Assembly (NCBI GenBank): GCA_951406725.2
Contig: OX597816.1
Location: forward strand, 133,362,001 to 133,426,000
DNA: 64,000 nucleotides
Direction: 5' to 3'
From: Octopus vulgaris
Lineage: Eukaryota
This document shows, piece by piece, positions 15,501 through 27,200 of the stretch. Each line of letters opens with the position of its first letter. The first letter of the stretch is position 1. A program made the position numbers and the translations under genes. A model generated the notes under the pieces. That model was given only the letters and a program-made list of their open reading frames with translations, was not told where the DNA came from and made no database searches.

Positions 15501-17268
15501 CACAAGATTTACTTCAAAATTATAGTTATTTCAATATATGTAAACATATTTAACTTTATCATAAAATAATTTTATTATAAGTTAAAGAAATGCATCATTT
15601 TTCAATGGTAAAAGTTCCAGAAATCTGTTTCTTAAAATTTCTTAAAAGGAGTAAATGCTTTAAATGTCTGTTTTTATATTTACCAACCGCAAAGAGTTTT
15701 GTAACCAAGTATCTAAATTTTGGTTTAAAATTTTGGCACAAGACCAGCAAGTTCAGAGTTGGGGGTTAAGTTGATTACATCAACCCCTAGTGTTCAACTG
15801 GTACTCATTTTATTGACCCTGAAAGGATGAAAGACAAATGCAACCTCAGCAGAATTTTAACTCAGAACGCAAAGATGGACAAAATACTGCCATGCATTTT
15901 GTCTGACATGCTAACAATTCTGCTAGCTTGCCACCCTCAAGTACCTAAATATTGGTATCTAAGTACAAATTAATGCAATATTGTGACAACTAATAAGAGA
16001 TTTTCAAACCTGATTATGGATCTCCTTGTCCAATATGGCCATGCCATCTGTAAGTTTTGCAAGTTGTTCTCCTATAGCAATTCCTTGGATAGTTTTATTA
16101 GCATGAGCTTTGACATCAAACTTATCATCCAGGAATGGGTTGAAGGTTTCTAAAGAAAAGAAATATAAAATTAATCAAAAACTTTTCACCGAGTCATTGA
16201 AATGATGACAAATGGAGTTGGAATTAAGCAGTAATGTTCAGTAATAGTTATACAATACAAACTTTAACTTCAATTTAAATAAGTAAATTTTATCCCCTTA
16301 AATGTTGTATAGATCAATATTGATGAACAGTATTGATACGAAATTAGCTAAAAAGATTAATAAATAGATTGCCGAACAGTGAGAAATAAACAGTGTTTAT
16401 AAGTAATCTACATAATTCAGTAGGTCACCAGCTTCGATTAAACACAAGTGATATTTCTGACAGAAAGTTACCAAAAGAGAGTCTATCGAACGCATAAATG
16501 AGTAGTAGTAGTTTCTAATACAGGTACAGCGCCAGAAATTTGTGGGGAGGGAGTTAGTGGATACCATCGATCTCAATACTAGATGGTACGTTATTTCATC
16601 AACATCAAAATGATGGAAGACAAAACTGAGTTCGGTGACATTTGAAATCAGACCAAAAAGAGCCAGAAGAAAAATTGCAAGGTATTTTTTCGACGCACTT
16701 GTATGTGTGTATGTGTGTGTGAAATAGCTGCTTAGTGCTTCAAAGTAATGCTACTTTTCTGAAAATACGAAAAAAAAACACTAGTATCTATTTTGTGCGG
16801 GTAAAAGTTACAATACCTTAAAACATTTACTGGGTTTCCTCCATACAATTAATTCTAATGTTTTTAAGCCATACATTACAATGAGTGTCATGTTCCAAAC
16901 ACCTACCTACTTCAATTCATTTTCACTCGATGATGACAAATTACATATTTCTCATAAGTTTCTGCCCCATACCCCTTTAAGGATCAACATATTTCATTAT
17001 ATATATATATACATCAACACTTTATCATCCCAGAGTTTAATACCTGCAGGTGTGTCCGTCGTCAAGAGATCAAACATAACAACAATTAGTTTACCGCCGT
17101 CAATAAAACAATGAAGTATCCTATGTATTTATTTATCATACAGTTACGATAGTAAAGCAAATTTAGGTTGTATAAACATAGTTTAGACTGCAAAATAGTT
17201 AAATAAACAAGGTAACTTCGTAAATATTTACCATCTGAATTGAGTTGATGTAACACGTCATCCTCCAT
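480..17268 (-). CDS. COG5: Conserved oligomeric Golgi complex subunit 5, 5' portion (14 coding exons, about 506 aa; continues off the left edge of the window)
   Basis: Spliced translation [26 protein letters not shown]...[25 protein letters not shown]...[18 protein letters not shown]...[13 protein letters not shown]...[11 protein letters not shown]...[21 protein letters not shown]...[18 protein letters not shown] matches remembered COG5 motifs. All introns are GT-AG with consistent phases. Confidence 0.95.
1140..1500 (-). mobile_element. Degraded Jockey/CR1-group LINE, ORF2 C-terminal fragment
   Basis: [13 protein letters not shown]...[24 protein letters not shown] resembles LINE ORF2 C-termini (LDRIQ..A..LI...HRR.VASL.LFY.YY.G.CS.EL); a related piece lies at about 335-400. 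Confidence 0.55.
2239..2400 (-). CDS. COG5: COG5 exon 13
   Basis: [32 protein letters not shown]...IVKTIA; GTAG acceptor and GTAAGG donor. Confidence 0.94.
3935..4133 (-). CDS. COG5: COG5 exon 12
   Basis: [27 protein letters not shown]...TKTGY; uncommon AAG acceptor, GTAAGT donor. Confidence 0.9.
4413..4500 (-). CDS. COG5: COG5 exon 11
   Basis: [29 protein letters not shown]; ATCAG acceptor and GTATAG donor. Confidence 0.9.
5571..5648 (-). CDS. COG5: COG5 exon 10
   Basis: [26 protein letters not shown]; ATTAG acceptor and GTGTGT donor. Confidence 0.93.
5700..5900. repeat. Compound (GAT/AAT/AAC)n trinucleotide low-complexity tract
   Basis: Visible in the sequence; intronic, next to COG5 exon 10. 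Confidence 0.85.
6441..6656. mobile_element. piggyBac-type MITE
   Basis: TTAA|CCCTTTAGC...GCTAAAGGG|TTAA: TIRs with a TTAA target duplication. Confidence 0.8.
7272..7384 (-). CDS. COG5: COG5 exon 9
   Basis: [38 protein letters not shown]; TTTAG acceptor and GTTAGT donor. Confidence 0.94.
8445..8610 (-). CDS. COG5: COG5 exon 8 (alternative end at 8451)
   Basis: [15 protein letters not shown]...QQQLPSQ(GQ); two in-phase GT donors 6 nt apart. Confidence 0.88.
9218..9640 (-). repeat. Decayed RTE-LINE 3' UTR copy with an internal duplication of about 137 bp
   Basis: (CAT)n tail; ccatgctagcatgg and ggctggatgc..cctaacaccaaccactc motifs shared with 59671-60230. Confidence 0.65.
9728..9858 (-). CDS. 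COG5: COG5 exon 7
   Basis: [44 protein letters not shown]; GCAG acceptor and GTGAGG donor. Confidence 0.93.
10072..10292. mobile_element. piggyBac-type MITE (same family as 6441-6656, opposite orientation)
   Basis: TTAA|CCCTTTAG...CTAAAGGG|TTAA. Confidence 0.8.
10335..10711 (-). mobile_element. tRNA-derived SINE (decayed copy of the 53555 family)
   Basis: Collinear similarity to 39031-39428 and 53555-53948. Confidence 0.7.
11002..11122 (-). CDS. COG5: COG5 exon 6
   Basis: [40 protein letters not shown]; TTCAG acceptor and GTAAGA donor. Confidence 0.95.
12373..12442 (-). CDS. COG5: COG5 exon 5
   Basis: [23 protein letters not shown]; CATAG acceptor and GTCAGG donor. Confidence 0.92.
12611..12828. 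mobile_element. piggyBac-type MITE (third copy)
   Basis: TTAA|CCCTTTAG...TGAAAGG|TTAA; internal similarity to 10072-10292. Confidence 0.75.
14008..14062 (-). CDS. COG5: COG5 exon 4
   Basis: [19 protein letters not shown]; TTTCAG acceptor and GTTAGT donor. Confidence 0.92.
14258..14315 (-). CDS. COG5: COG5 exon 3
   Basis: [19 protein letters not shown]; TTCTAG acceptor and GTAATT donor. Confidence 0.92.
15730..15937 (-). mobile_element. tRNA-derived SINE with a Nin/Deu-like central domain
   Basis: Contains the reverse complement of ctttcatcctttc.gggtc.ataaaatgagtaccag; the same family occurs at about 31965, 37134, 41590 and 44311. Confidence 0.6.
16010..16149 (-). CDS. COG5: COG5 exon 2
   Basis: TTTAG acceptor; [18 protein letters not shown]...LDKEIHNQ; donor CAG|GTTTGA. 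Confidence 0.92.
17232..17268 (-). CDS. COG5: COG5 coding exon 1 ([12 protein letters not shown], phase 1)
   Basis: ATG at 17268; donor G|GTAAAT; phase matches exon 2. Confidence 0.8.
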
Positions 17269-17823
17269 GTTAGATAAAATTATACTTAACTACAGACACC
17301 AGCCGGCAATGACTAAAAAAAGAAAAAATAAATGAAAATAAATCTTAAACTACAGATAATTATTAGTAGAAAAATTCAAGTCACTTTATCTTCTTTTCAG
17401 TGTAATATTGTCCGAAGTTTAGAGTATTTCAAGCACTTTTTCACTTAAAAGACCACAATTGAAACTGAACCAAAAGATACTTGTGGTGAACATAGAGTTA
17501 AATTATTTGACATGACACCTATTGTTCACTTTCTCCTTTACAAGTGTCTATTTAAACATATTCAAGCAGTGTACATAAGCCATTGATCTTGGTATCACTA
17601 ATTCATAGCTATCAAAATGATCAGTGCGATCAATTATACTGGATATGGTTTAATAGATAATACGTGCAAGGTAAACCTCCGTAATGTCAAAGGAAGGAAA
17701 AAGGTGTCTCTACATTAAAAAATCTATACAAATGTAAATAATTATTGTGCAGATTACAAATACCACTAGCTGCAAATATTTCTGCATACATATACATACG
17801 CATAATATACATGTTTCTGATCA

Positions 17824-18233
17824 GGAATCTTTTCGGTTTGAACGGCAGTTTTTTCTAGCGGTGTCATATAAAATTGTCACCCATAATTATGACCCTAGTA
17901 TCGATCTGTTGCATTTCTATCTGTGTTAGGGTTAGGGGTGGGGGAAGGGTATCTTTTTGTCTTCAGAAATGTAAATAAACCCAATCTGTTTCTTAAAGGA
18001 GGGACATATTATGCACAGAATGTTATTTACCTAAATGGAGGTCAGCGATTGGTTAAAATTGCCGAAATGCTCGAAATTAAAGACGAAATATGTTACAACA
18101 TATAGAATTTTCTCAATAAAGCCAAGAAAAAAATGATGTTTTATAAACACTTTCTACCAGTATACGAAGTTTAAAAGTGTTTAGTTATGTGGAAATTATT
18201 TTTAAAAACTGCTGTTCTAACCGAAAAGATCCC
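17824..18233. mobile_element. MITE with TIRs of about 30 bp, 6-bp TSD (TGATCA) and internal TTAGGG repeats
   Basis: ggaatcttttcggtttgaacggcag ... ctgctgttctaaccgaaaagatccc, flanked by tgatca on both sides. Confidence 0.75.
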
Positions 18234-20489
18234 TGATCAGTTCTGACCGAGCAGACCTATGACCAAAGCTGTTCCAGCTATATTGATCCTGTGTTTGTTT
18301 GTTTTATCTTCCTTTCGTTTTTTATTGGATAACTATGTTATCCAATTTCTTGGACATAATTTTAGTGAGATTTTACAGCTATTTATAGTAGTCGAGCAAC
18401 CACTTAGAGGAACCTTCGTTGGTTTGCATTATACATCTTGGGTACAATAACTGATTCAGGCTTAGTGAAGTTCTAACCTGTAGCATGTTTATAAGCTCTG
18501 CATGCGTGTTTCCCTGCCTGGTAGTGTGGTTATGCCACTCCAGTGTGGAGTAACATGCTCTTGGAATGTCTGCAAACTGTTACCATTCAACAGAGTTTGG
18601 CAACATTGCAGAATTATATTCCAATTTTAATAATGATGATGATGATGAAATAAATGATTGCTGATTAAATGGGTCTCCAAATATATATATGTGATTGACA
18701 TAACCCAATGTCAAAAGTGTGCACCAGGAAGATGGTACTAATTTATCTTTACTTTCAACAGTGCTGATAGATACATGTCATATCGAGGTTGCATTTGGTC
18801 ATTTCAACAAAATATTTCATGTGGAAAAATATGTAACGATAAGTATTTGTAACGATAAAATTTTTAGTCGTAGTCGATGGTCACCAGTTTTAAGGGTTAG
18901 GTTTTTATTTTGGTGTAGTTACCAATTATAAAGGGTAAGATTGATTAGTAAACAATATTATGAAATGTCGGAGTCAGCAGTTGTAACGATAAAAATTTGT
19001 TATAATTGCATACTGTAGGATGTGAAAGATGAACAATGCACGAAGTTATAAGAAAGTATTTATTTACTGTTATGTTACAATACCTTGCCTCGACGAGCAG
19101 GTTATGATAAATCCAAAAGCATGAGAATTAAAGTTTGTGTTTGTGTCCTCTTCATTGTTTAGTAGTAATTACAGAGAGAGATAGAATGACGTTGTAAGAG
19201 AACAGAATTAGAGCAAGTGAAAGTTGTAGAGTGTGGATCGTTGTCTCACAGTTGCTGACAGTAAACTTCATTTCTCCCTCTGACCAAGGTTCTAGCTGGT
19301 CAGCTAGACTTCGTTGTCACCAGAGTGACTAACTGATTGAGTCGTCACCATGTGACCGGACTCATTGAGTCATTACTGACTGATTTTTGCTTGGGGTATT
19401 CTTGCTTTTAGAACTATCCAGAAGGATAGATATATAATTGAGAACAATAGATTTAGTTGGTGGTTTTGTTATTTCTATTCTAGCTTTTGGTGAAGTAGAA
19501 GAGGTTAGAAAGGGTCAAAACATTATTTCAGCCTAGCTAAAGGCATCTAGAAAATGTAAAACTGCTGTCAGAGAAAAACCATTGTTCCACTGTGGGAAAA
19601 GTTCTGTTGCAGTGTTAATTTAAATTTGGCTATGGTGGATCGAATCCACTTCATGCTTGCAAGATCCACTACATGTATGTATGTATGTATGTATGTACAT
19701 ACATATATACATACATACAGTTACTAACAAAGCAACAACACTTTTTGAGTTTAGAGAGTTCCCAGTTTCTAAATATGTGATTGAGTGCGAGTCTTGGTTT
19801 GAATTGTCAATGCATACATCCAAATGTGTGCATCTATTCACGTAAGAATCTCAGAATTTTTGGAATGTCTTACAAATCTTTATTGTATCACTAATAAATT
19901 GGATTCGGAGAATCTGCATAAATTTTTTGCTCTTTCATTGTGAAATCAAGTATTTATAGGTTTTTGTGCAATTTTGTTGATACATAACTTAATGCACCTA
20001 TGATGATAGGTACATAGGTACCTGCATCATATGTATGTCTTCTCTTTCTTTTTTTAATTTAGAGTAAATTTTGACTGGCCATCAACTTGGTAGCAAGGTT
20101 GTGAAGGAAAGTATCCTAATTTAACCGTCATCTTTTAAATCTTAAGGTCTCACAGATTTTTATAGTCCCAGATGTCATGATCGTTTGTAGTTTATGAATT
20201 AAGGATTTGTATGTTTTGTTTTATATGTGACTTCTCATGCATATACTAGCAAATCTAGACACGTTCATATATACTTAAATGAAGAACTTCTGGAAAGTTT
20301 TACAGATTTTTACAGTTCCAATGATGGCTTGGATCTGTAGTCTTCGAATCAGCTTTCTCCTTTCTGGTTTTGAGAAGCCCATGTGTGTGTGTGTGTGTGT
20401 GTGTATGTGTTTCCTGAAGTTTATCAGATAGGTATGTTTGAGCATGTCTAGACATGCTCAAACATACCTGTATGATAAACTTCAGGAAA

Positions 20490-20870
20490 GTTTTACAGAT
20501 TTTTACAGTTCCAGTGATGGTTTGGATCTGTAGTCTTTGAATCAGCTAAGCCAAATTTCTCAAGATTGATATATAGGCTGTGTGTTACATATCCCTGTGC
20601 CCCAATAATTTCAGGTATAAACCTGAACTTGTAATCTGGATAGAGTAGCTGTAGATTCCTCAATAGTTCAGCGCCAGTATTTTCTTTTTTACTGATCTTT
20701 AGCTTTATGTTAACATCCATTGGGCAGCTGATTTCCACAACTGTACACAGTTTCTCTTCTCTATCCCAAATTACTATGTCAGATCTATTATGTTTACATT
20801 ATATTGAGGTTTTTACAGAGACATTCCACCAGTACTCCTTTTTATTATGAGTGACTATGGCTTCTGCCAT
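20490..20870 (-). mobile_element. Non-LTR retrotransposon 3' fragment with a restriction-like endonuclease (R4/Dong/NeSL-like)
   Basis: EYWWNVSVKTSI*CKHNRSDIVIWDREEKLCTVVEISCP is a degenerate HNRPD...E.SCP RLE motif, with stops. Confidence 0.7.
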
Positions 20871-20896
20871 ACTGTAAGTTCTTATTTCTTAGTCCA

Positions 20897-21050
20897 ATGT
20901 ATGTATGTATGGATGTAAGTATGAATGTATGTATGCATGTATATGTCTGTATGTATGTATGTATGTATGTATGTATGTATGTATGTATGTATGTATGTAT
21001 GTATGTATGTATGTATGTATGTATGTATGCATGCATGCATGTATGTATGT
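20897..21050. repeat. (TATG)n microsatellite
   Basis: Visible in the sequence. Confidence 0.95.
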
Positions 21051-22141
21051 ATTTACTCAGTTATTCTCCCTACCTATTTGAAATCATTAGTATTGCATCA
21101 TCAGTTTATACTGTTGCATCATCTTTGAGAGTAAAAATTGGTCAGTATTGTTGTTGAGAGAGAGAGAGAGAAAGTTTGAAACATGGTCAAGTGACAGGTA
21201 CTATATTTTCAAGAAATTTTTCCTCAACTTTGACTCAATTGTAATTGAGGTTGCTAATAAATATTTGGATAATTGTTGGTGTTTAACAGTCAATATTCTT
21301 ATCTCTGGTAGAGTTAATTTTTACCCCACACTAATTTCTAATTTGATCATTTTCAATTTTCAAAAAAAAAATGTCTCACTTGGGGCAAAATGAGTAATGA
21401 CTAGTTTCAATAATTTCTCCTTAACTGCATGAAGAGAGTCACTCCAGCTGATTGCGAAGAAGCTATAGAGAATATTTTATGTCGAGTTTTTAGATTTAGC
21501 AAAGTTTCGGTTATTTCATATCATGTGCCATTTTTCCATGACCTAGATATTTTTTTTTCTTTGCGTTTCTAATCTCTCTGTTGTCTGAGGATAGATATTG
21601 ATGTGTATGAGTCTTTTTTCGGATATATTTCTGGAAAATTGAAGAGGCAAATTTACCTTATCCCGTCTTACTCACTTTGCCCCATTTAAATTTGTCTTTT
21701 ATATGCTCAAAGAAAACGAAGATAATTTTCTGAAATAGTCTTCTGAATACGTTATAGTGTTTTTAATGCTTTTAAAGGTCATTTGCTTAACTGATAGTTT
21801 TTATATGATAGTGAACTTCTGTAATTCTTTTTTTTTTTCTCAATCAAAAATGCTGTAAATATTACATATTGTGCCCCAAACCCTACATATATGATTTTTA
21901 TATCTGGATCAGATATCTGCTGATATTAGCAAGAGAAAGGATTTCAAGCTGTCTCAGATCGGACAGAGCTAAGCTTATTACCTAGACCGATGTCGAACTT
22001 GATCAAGTAGTCCACATTTTACGTTCTTCTTGTCTTCCTTTTCTTTACATGATAAAATTTCGTTTGATCTTCAAGAGAATTATATATTTCAACATTTTTG
22101 CTTTCTTTTAATTCTACTTTTTATAGGCAGAAAAAAAAATT

Positions 22142-22214
22142 CGAGCTTGCCAGGATTCGAACCTGGAATCTTCTGATCCGTAGTCAGACGCGTTATCCAT
22201 TGCGCCACAAGCCC
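22142..22214 (-). tRNA. tRNA-Arg (anticodon ACG)
   Basis: Reverse complement GGGCTTGTGGCGCAATGGATAACGCGTCTGACTACGGATCAGAAGATTCCAGGTTCGAATCCTGGCAAGCTCG: 73-nt cloverleaf with intact A/B boxes, followed by an oligo-T Pol III terminator. Confidence 0.96.
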
Positions 22215-23574
22215 TGACTGATAGTGGAGGTGAAATTTAATGTATTTATTTTGTAATCAGCATTATATGGTGTCTAGAGAAAATATTTTTGGTTAATTTA
22301 ATTTAATGAAGCAAATAGCACTGTTTCCCAGTGATTCCGTATTTTCATTAAATTTTTACCGCTTCTTTTTAAATGATTTTTTTCATCAGCAGAAAGATTG
22401 TTTATGGTCTGAACCTAAGTCAAGCTATCATTAAAAGTACTCCAAACCGTTATTTTCCTAGCCTTTTCTTTCAAAATTATCTAAAATTACTTTATCCAAA
22501 AACTCCTTTTTCTTTTTAAAACTATGGGATGTGTCTAAGCACTTAGATTTCGTTTCTATTTGTGTAGTATCTCAAGCGTCCACATAAAGTCTTCCTCTTC
22601 GGCTGGTTTTTCACTAATAGTTTGGTATTCCGTGACTGCTGATTTTTTTGTCGATGACTCTAAACCTCATGTTCATAAAATAATTGTATTTTATAATTAT
22701 TCTCAGTAACTGTCCAACCATTTTATACATTATTATGTAATCTTTAGCCCCTTGTGGGCAATAAAGAAATATATACATTATTATGTAAAACTACCCTGAC
22801 TACTGTCTCGGCCTGCTTGTTATAGTTTCAAGAGATTTTGTCGTTGTTGTTTTGTAAATTATTACATACTGTCATATTTAAACTAGTGTCCTCATCTTGT
22901 TACAGTCACGATGTTTTGCTTGATGTGTAACCTCTAGCCTTTTCCACGTGCCTGTCTTGGCATATTTACGTGACCCACCCCCACCCCACCCGCATAAATT
23001 TGTTTCCTCATAACTTAAAAATGAATATTTTTTATATGAAATTCTCAACAAATAGCCTTCAAATTGCGAACATTGTGATTATATCGGACTGAAAAAAAAA
23101 ATAGAATAAAAAATTCAGTACCTTGTGACTATAAGAACCAAAATTATTTTTTTCCCTGTTTTAGACTGAATATTGTCTTCACGGATGTTATTGTTTAAAA
23201 TTATTATATCCCTTTTGATGGGTGGTCTCATTCCAAAACTTTACTAAGCGGTATTTCTATCATGGGTTTTTCCAGTGAAAACACTCAACATATTTATATA
23301 TATTATTACTTACAATTTTAAATGATTGAATTACACTGGATGAAAGAGAATACCACATATTTATTAAAAGAGGAAGGAAATAACGTCATAGTTTTTTGTA
23401 ACATAATTTACAAAAGTTAGAAAATACGTCATTGTGACGTCCATGCCTTTACTGAACTTAAGGGAAAAATCATACAATACTTGTCTCACTGGTAATTTTC
23501 GTCATATGATATTATTCTCTTTCTTACCACACACACACACGATAGCACATACATATATACATATGGATATATAT

Positions 23575-24293
23575 ATGAACCGCTACTAGATGAAAACGGC
23601 TCACCAACTGCGGACCTCCAGAGGATCAGTGAATTACTGAATGCACAATACAAGAGTGCTTTCAGCATACCGCTGGGGAAGCTACGAGTGACTGTGCCAG
23701 ATAGGTTCTTTGACCCCGAAGACACACATTGTGAAATGGCAACTATTGATAACATCAACATAGAGGAAATTGATGTGATATCAGCCATTAAAGAGCTGAG
23801 CTGGAACTCAGAAACGGACCCCGGTGAATTCCCTGCAATCCTCCTAAAGAAATGTAAAAGAGTTCTAGTTAAACCGCTTTAAATCCTTTTCCAGGACTCC
23901 CTCGGGATGGGCAAATTCCCCAAAAAACTAAAAGAGGGATTAATATGCCCTATCCATAAGGGAGAAAGCAGGGCAGAGGTAGGAATTATAGACCTGTCTC
24001 CCTAACCTCCCACGTCAGTAAAGTCATGGAGTGCATTGTCAGGAAAAGACTAAGTTCCTTGAGGACAATGGCCTGCTCTCTAACACCCAACATAGCTTTC
24101 GCCCTGGAAGGAGCTGTCTTACACAGCTTCTGCGACACTATGACTGGGTACTGAAGTAATTAATGAACTGCTCAAATGTGGATGTGGTATACCTCGACTT
24201 TGCAAAGGTATTTGACAATGATATGCCACAAAATACGGTAAAGTCGGAGAGTGGCTGCATGATTTCCTAAAGGACATGAGCCAAACTGTTCTT
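23575..24293 (+). mobile_element. CR1/Jockey-group LINE reverse-transcriptase fragment, degraded
   Basis: PGEFPAILLKKCK..LVKPL, ICPIHKG, NYRPVSLTS and YLDFAKVFD motifs with stops and frameshifts; ends where the Gypsy element begins. Confidence 0.8.
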
Positions 24294-24299
24294 GTCTCG

Positions 24300-27200
24300 G
24301 ACATGGTAATGGCTACCGGCGAGATCTCGTTCAAAATGGCGCTGGTTTCTTGTGACTCGCTACATGGGCTCCCCTCCCTGAGAACGCAAGAGCGAAATTA
24401 GAATGACTGGAGCTGGCACAAAAAAGAGCAAAGATAGCCACCGATCGCAAACAATAAGATGTTGTACAAAATGTGATAAGTCAAGACAAAATAATTACAA
24501 TATAAAGGGCCTGCACAAAATTTTTGACAAAGTTCAATGGCAAGGCATTGGAATTGTTCAGCACACGAGAAAACAATTGTCTGTCACAGGAAAAAAGGTT
24601 GTTAAATGTAAATAGTTCTGGTGAGTTTTTTTGGCCAATGCCTGTCCTGGTGACATAGGTTTTGTTTGTGTCCAGGTGACATAGGGTTGTTTGTGGCGAC
24701 GAAAGTGGAGGTGTAGGTGATGGTGTGGTCAAAGATGCATGTGTAGGTGGTTGTGAAGGATCAAAAATGGGCGTGGCTGGGGTGTCATCGAAGGGTGTGG
24801 GCACCTCAAAATGTGCCTTTTTAAGTCTGTCGACTGACACGGTCTCTGCCCGATCATTGATATCGAGACTAAAAGTTTTGGGTGTGCGCGATAGCACAGG
24901 AAATGGTCCTTTATAAGGAGAAACGAGCGGTCCTCTGACAGAATTATCCCGAACAAAAACATGAGTCCATTTGTCAATGTCCGGTGGGACGTGAGAGGGA
25001 ATAGACTGATCACGCGGATGCATGGGTGGAAGACTCGAGAAATACGAACGACGTCTGGTGAAATACGACGTTGGATCAGGATGCGATTAATTGTCTGGTG
25101 CCAACATTGTACCGGGGAGTACCAGGATGGTACCGTAAAGAAATTCAGCAGAGGAGAAACCTACGTCTGTTTCAACAGCGGTGCGACAACCAAGAACGAT
25201 AGGCAGGAATTCTGTCCAAGACTGAGTATCAGGAGTGGCGCGTAGAGCAGCCTTCAGTTGCCTGTGAAAACGTTCGACTATCCCGTTGGAAGCTGGATGG
25301 TAGCTGGTCGTACGAATGTGATGAACGCCTAGGATTCAGGATAATTCACGAAATAATCCACGATCAGTGGTTATTTTAGCTGGGACACCAAAGCGAGCAA
25401 TCCAGTTAGAAACGAAAGCTCGAGCAACTGACTCAACGGAAATGTCCACTATTGGAATGGCTTCAGGCCAACGAGAGAAACGATCGACGCATGTCAATAT
25501 GTAAGAGAAACCGCGACTAACAGGCCATGGTCCAACCTGATCAATGTGGACATGGCGAAAGCGAGTCTCCGGCAGAGAAAACTGTCAAAGAGGAGCGCGA
25601 ATGTGCCTGTGGATTTTAGAACGCTGGCATTTCACACAAGAGCGTGCCCAAGCGGTGATCATGCGGCGCATATTAAGCCAGAAAAACCGAGCTGTAATAT
25701 ACTTCACCGAGGCAGCGATGCCAGGATGTAACAGAGAATGCAAGGCATCAAAAACAGAACGCTGATGGTTCGCAGGTACAAATGGTTTGGGAAAACCAGT
25801 GACTGTGTCACAAATCTTTGTGACGGAAGTGGAAGATAGGCAAAGTTGCAATAGGACAACTTGGTGGAAGTTAGATCTAATGTGTCCAGAGCTGGTTAAT
25901 CCTGGGCAATGGCAGTTCGATTGCAGCAGGAGATGAAAGAGAACACACAGGGAGACGAGAGAATACGTCAGCAGGCACGTTCTCTGTTTCAGGTATATGC
26001 CGAATGTCACTCATGAACTGGGAAACGTAGTCCAGGTGAAGAAAAGCACGAGGCGAGTGCTTGTCCGATTTAAATGACAGAACAAACGTAAGAGGCTTGT
26101 GATCAGTATGAATCACATAATGTCGGCCCTCGAGTTGATGTTGAAAATGACGAACCGACAGGTAGATCGCTAAGAGTTCACGATCAAACATACTGTAACG
26201 ACGCTCAGCTGGCTTTAATTGACGAGAAAAAATGCCAAAGGTCGAATTTGATTGTCGACGGTAGGTTGCGAAACAGTACCAACCGCAGAATCCAATGCAT
26301 CAACTGTTAAAGAGAGACGAGCATCAGGAACCTGATGTACAAGCAAAGGAACAGAAGCTATTTCCTTCTTGTTTGACTCAAAACAAGATAATGCTTCGGC
26401 AAATAGAGTGATAGGATATTTTTTTTTTTGCGTTTGCTTTCAATAGTTGAGTCAAGGGAAGTAACTTGTCTGCACATTTATGTATGAACCTCCTGTAAAA
26501 GTTGACAGTTCCCAAGAAGTGACGCAGTTGGCGTAAGGAAGTGGGAGGTGAGATGCGTTGAATTTCATCGACTTTAGAGAAGAGTGGTCGGATACCATTA
26601 GAGTCGATATAATGACCTAGGAATTCCTGAGAGGTCTGTCCGAAAACACATTTATCGGGGTTGATTCGCACATTGTAGGTGTGAAGATGCTGAAAAAGTT
26701 GAGATAAGTCTTGGAGATGATCTTCACGCGTGTCGCTAGCTATGAGCAAATCATCGACGTAAGCGAACACAAAGTCAAGTCCATGGACAACTTCGTCAAT
26801 AAACCTCTGGAATGTGCTCGTTGCATTCTGCAAACCGAAGCTCATGAACAGGAACTCGAAACTTCCAAAGGGGGTGGTAAAGGCAGTTTTGGGGATGTCT
26901 TCAGAGTCCATTGGAATTTGATAAGCTCAGATGAGGTCAACCTTGGAAAAAATAGTACAACCATACAAGTTTGAAGAAAAATCTTGGAGATTCCTTGTAG
27001 GATAGCGATCGGGAACAGTGATCGCATTCAAGCATCTGTAATCCCCCACCGTGCGAAAATCTGAATTCCCTTCCCGTGCCAAATGTAGAGGAGATGTCCA
27101 AGGGCTGGTAGACGGGCGAATAAGGCCGAGTTAAAGCATATGCTCCAACTCAGATCGAGTCTTTTTGAGCCGATCAGGATCGAGTCGCTGTGGACGCGAA

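Noticed and set aside
18830-19600. Possible solo LTR (repeated TGTAACGATAA starts)
   Set aside because: No matching end, PBS, PPT or TSD could be defined.
20845-21157. YVCM/HTYI-repeat ORFs (and similar ones at 30301-31392 and 54822-55371)
   Set aside because: Microsatellite translations.
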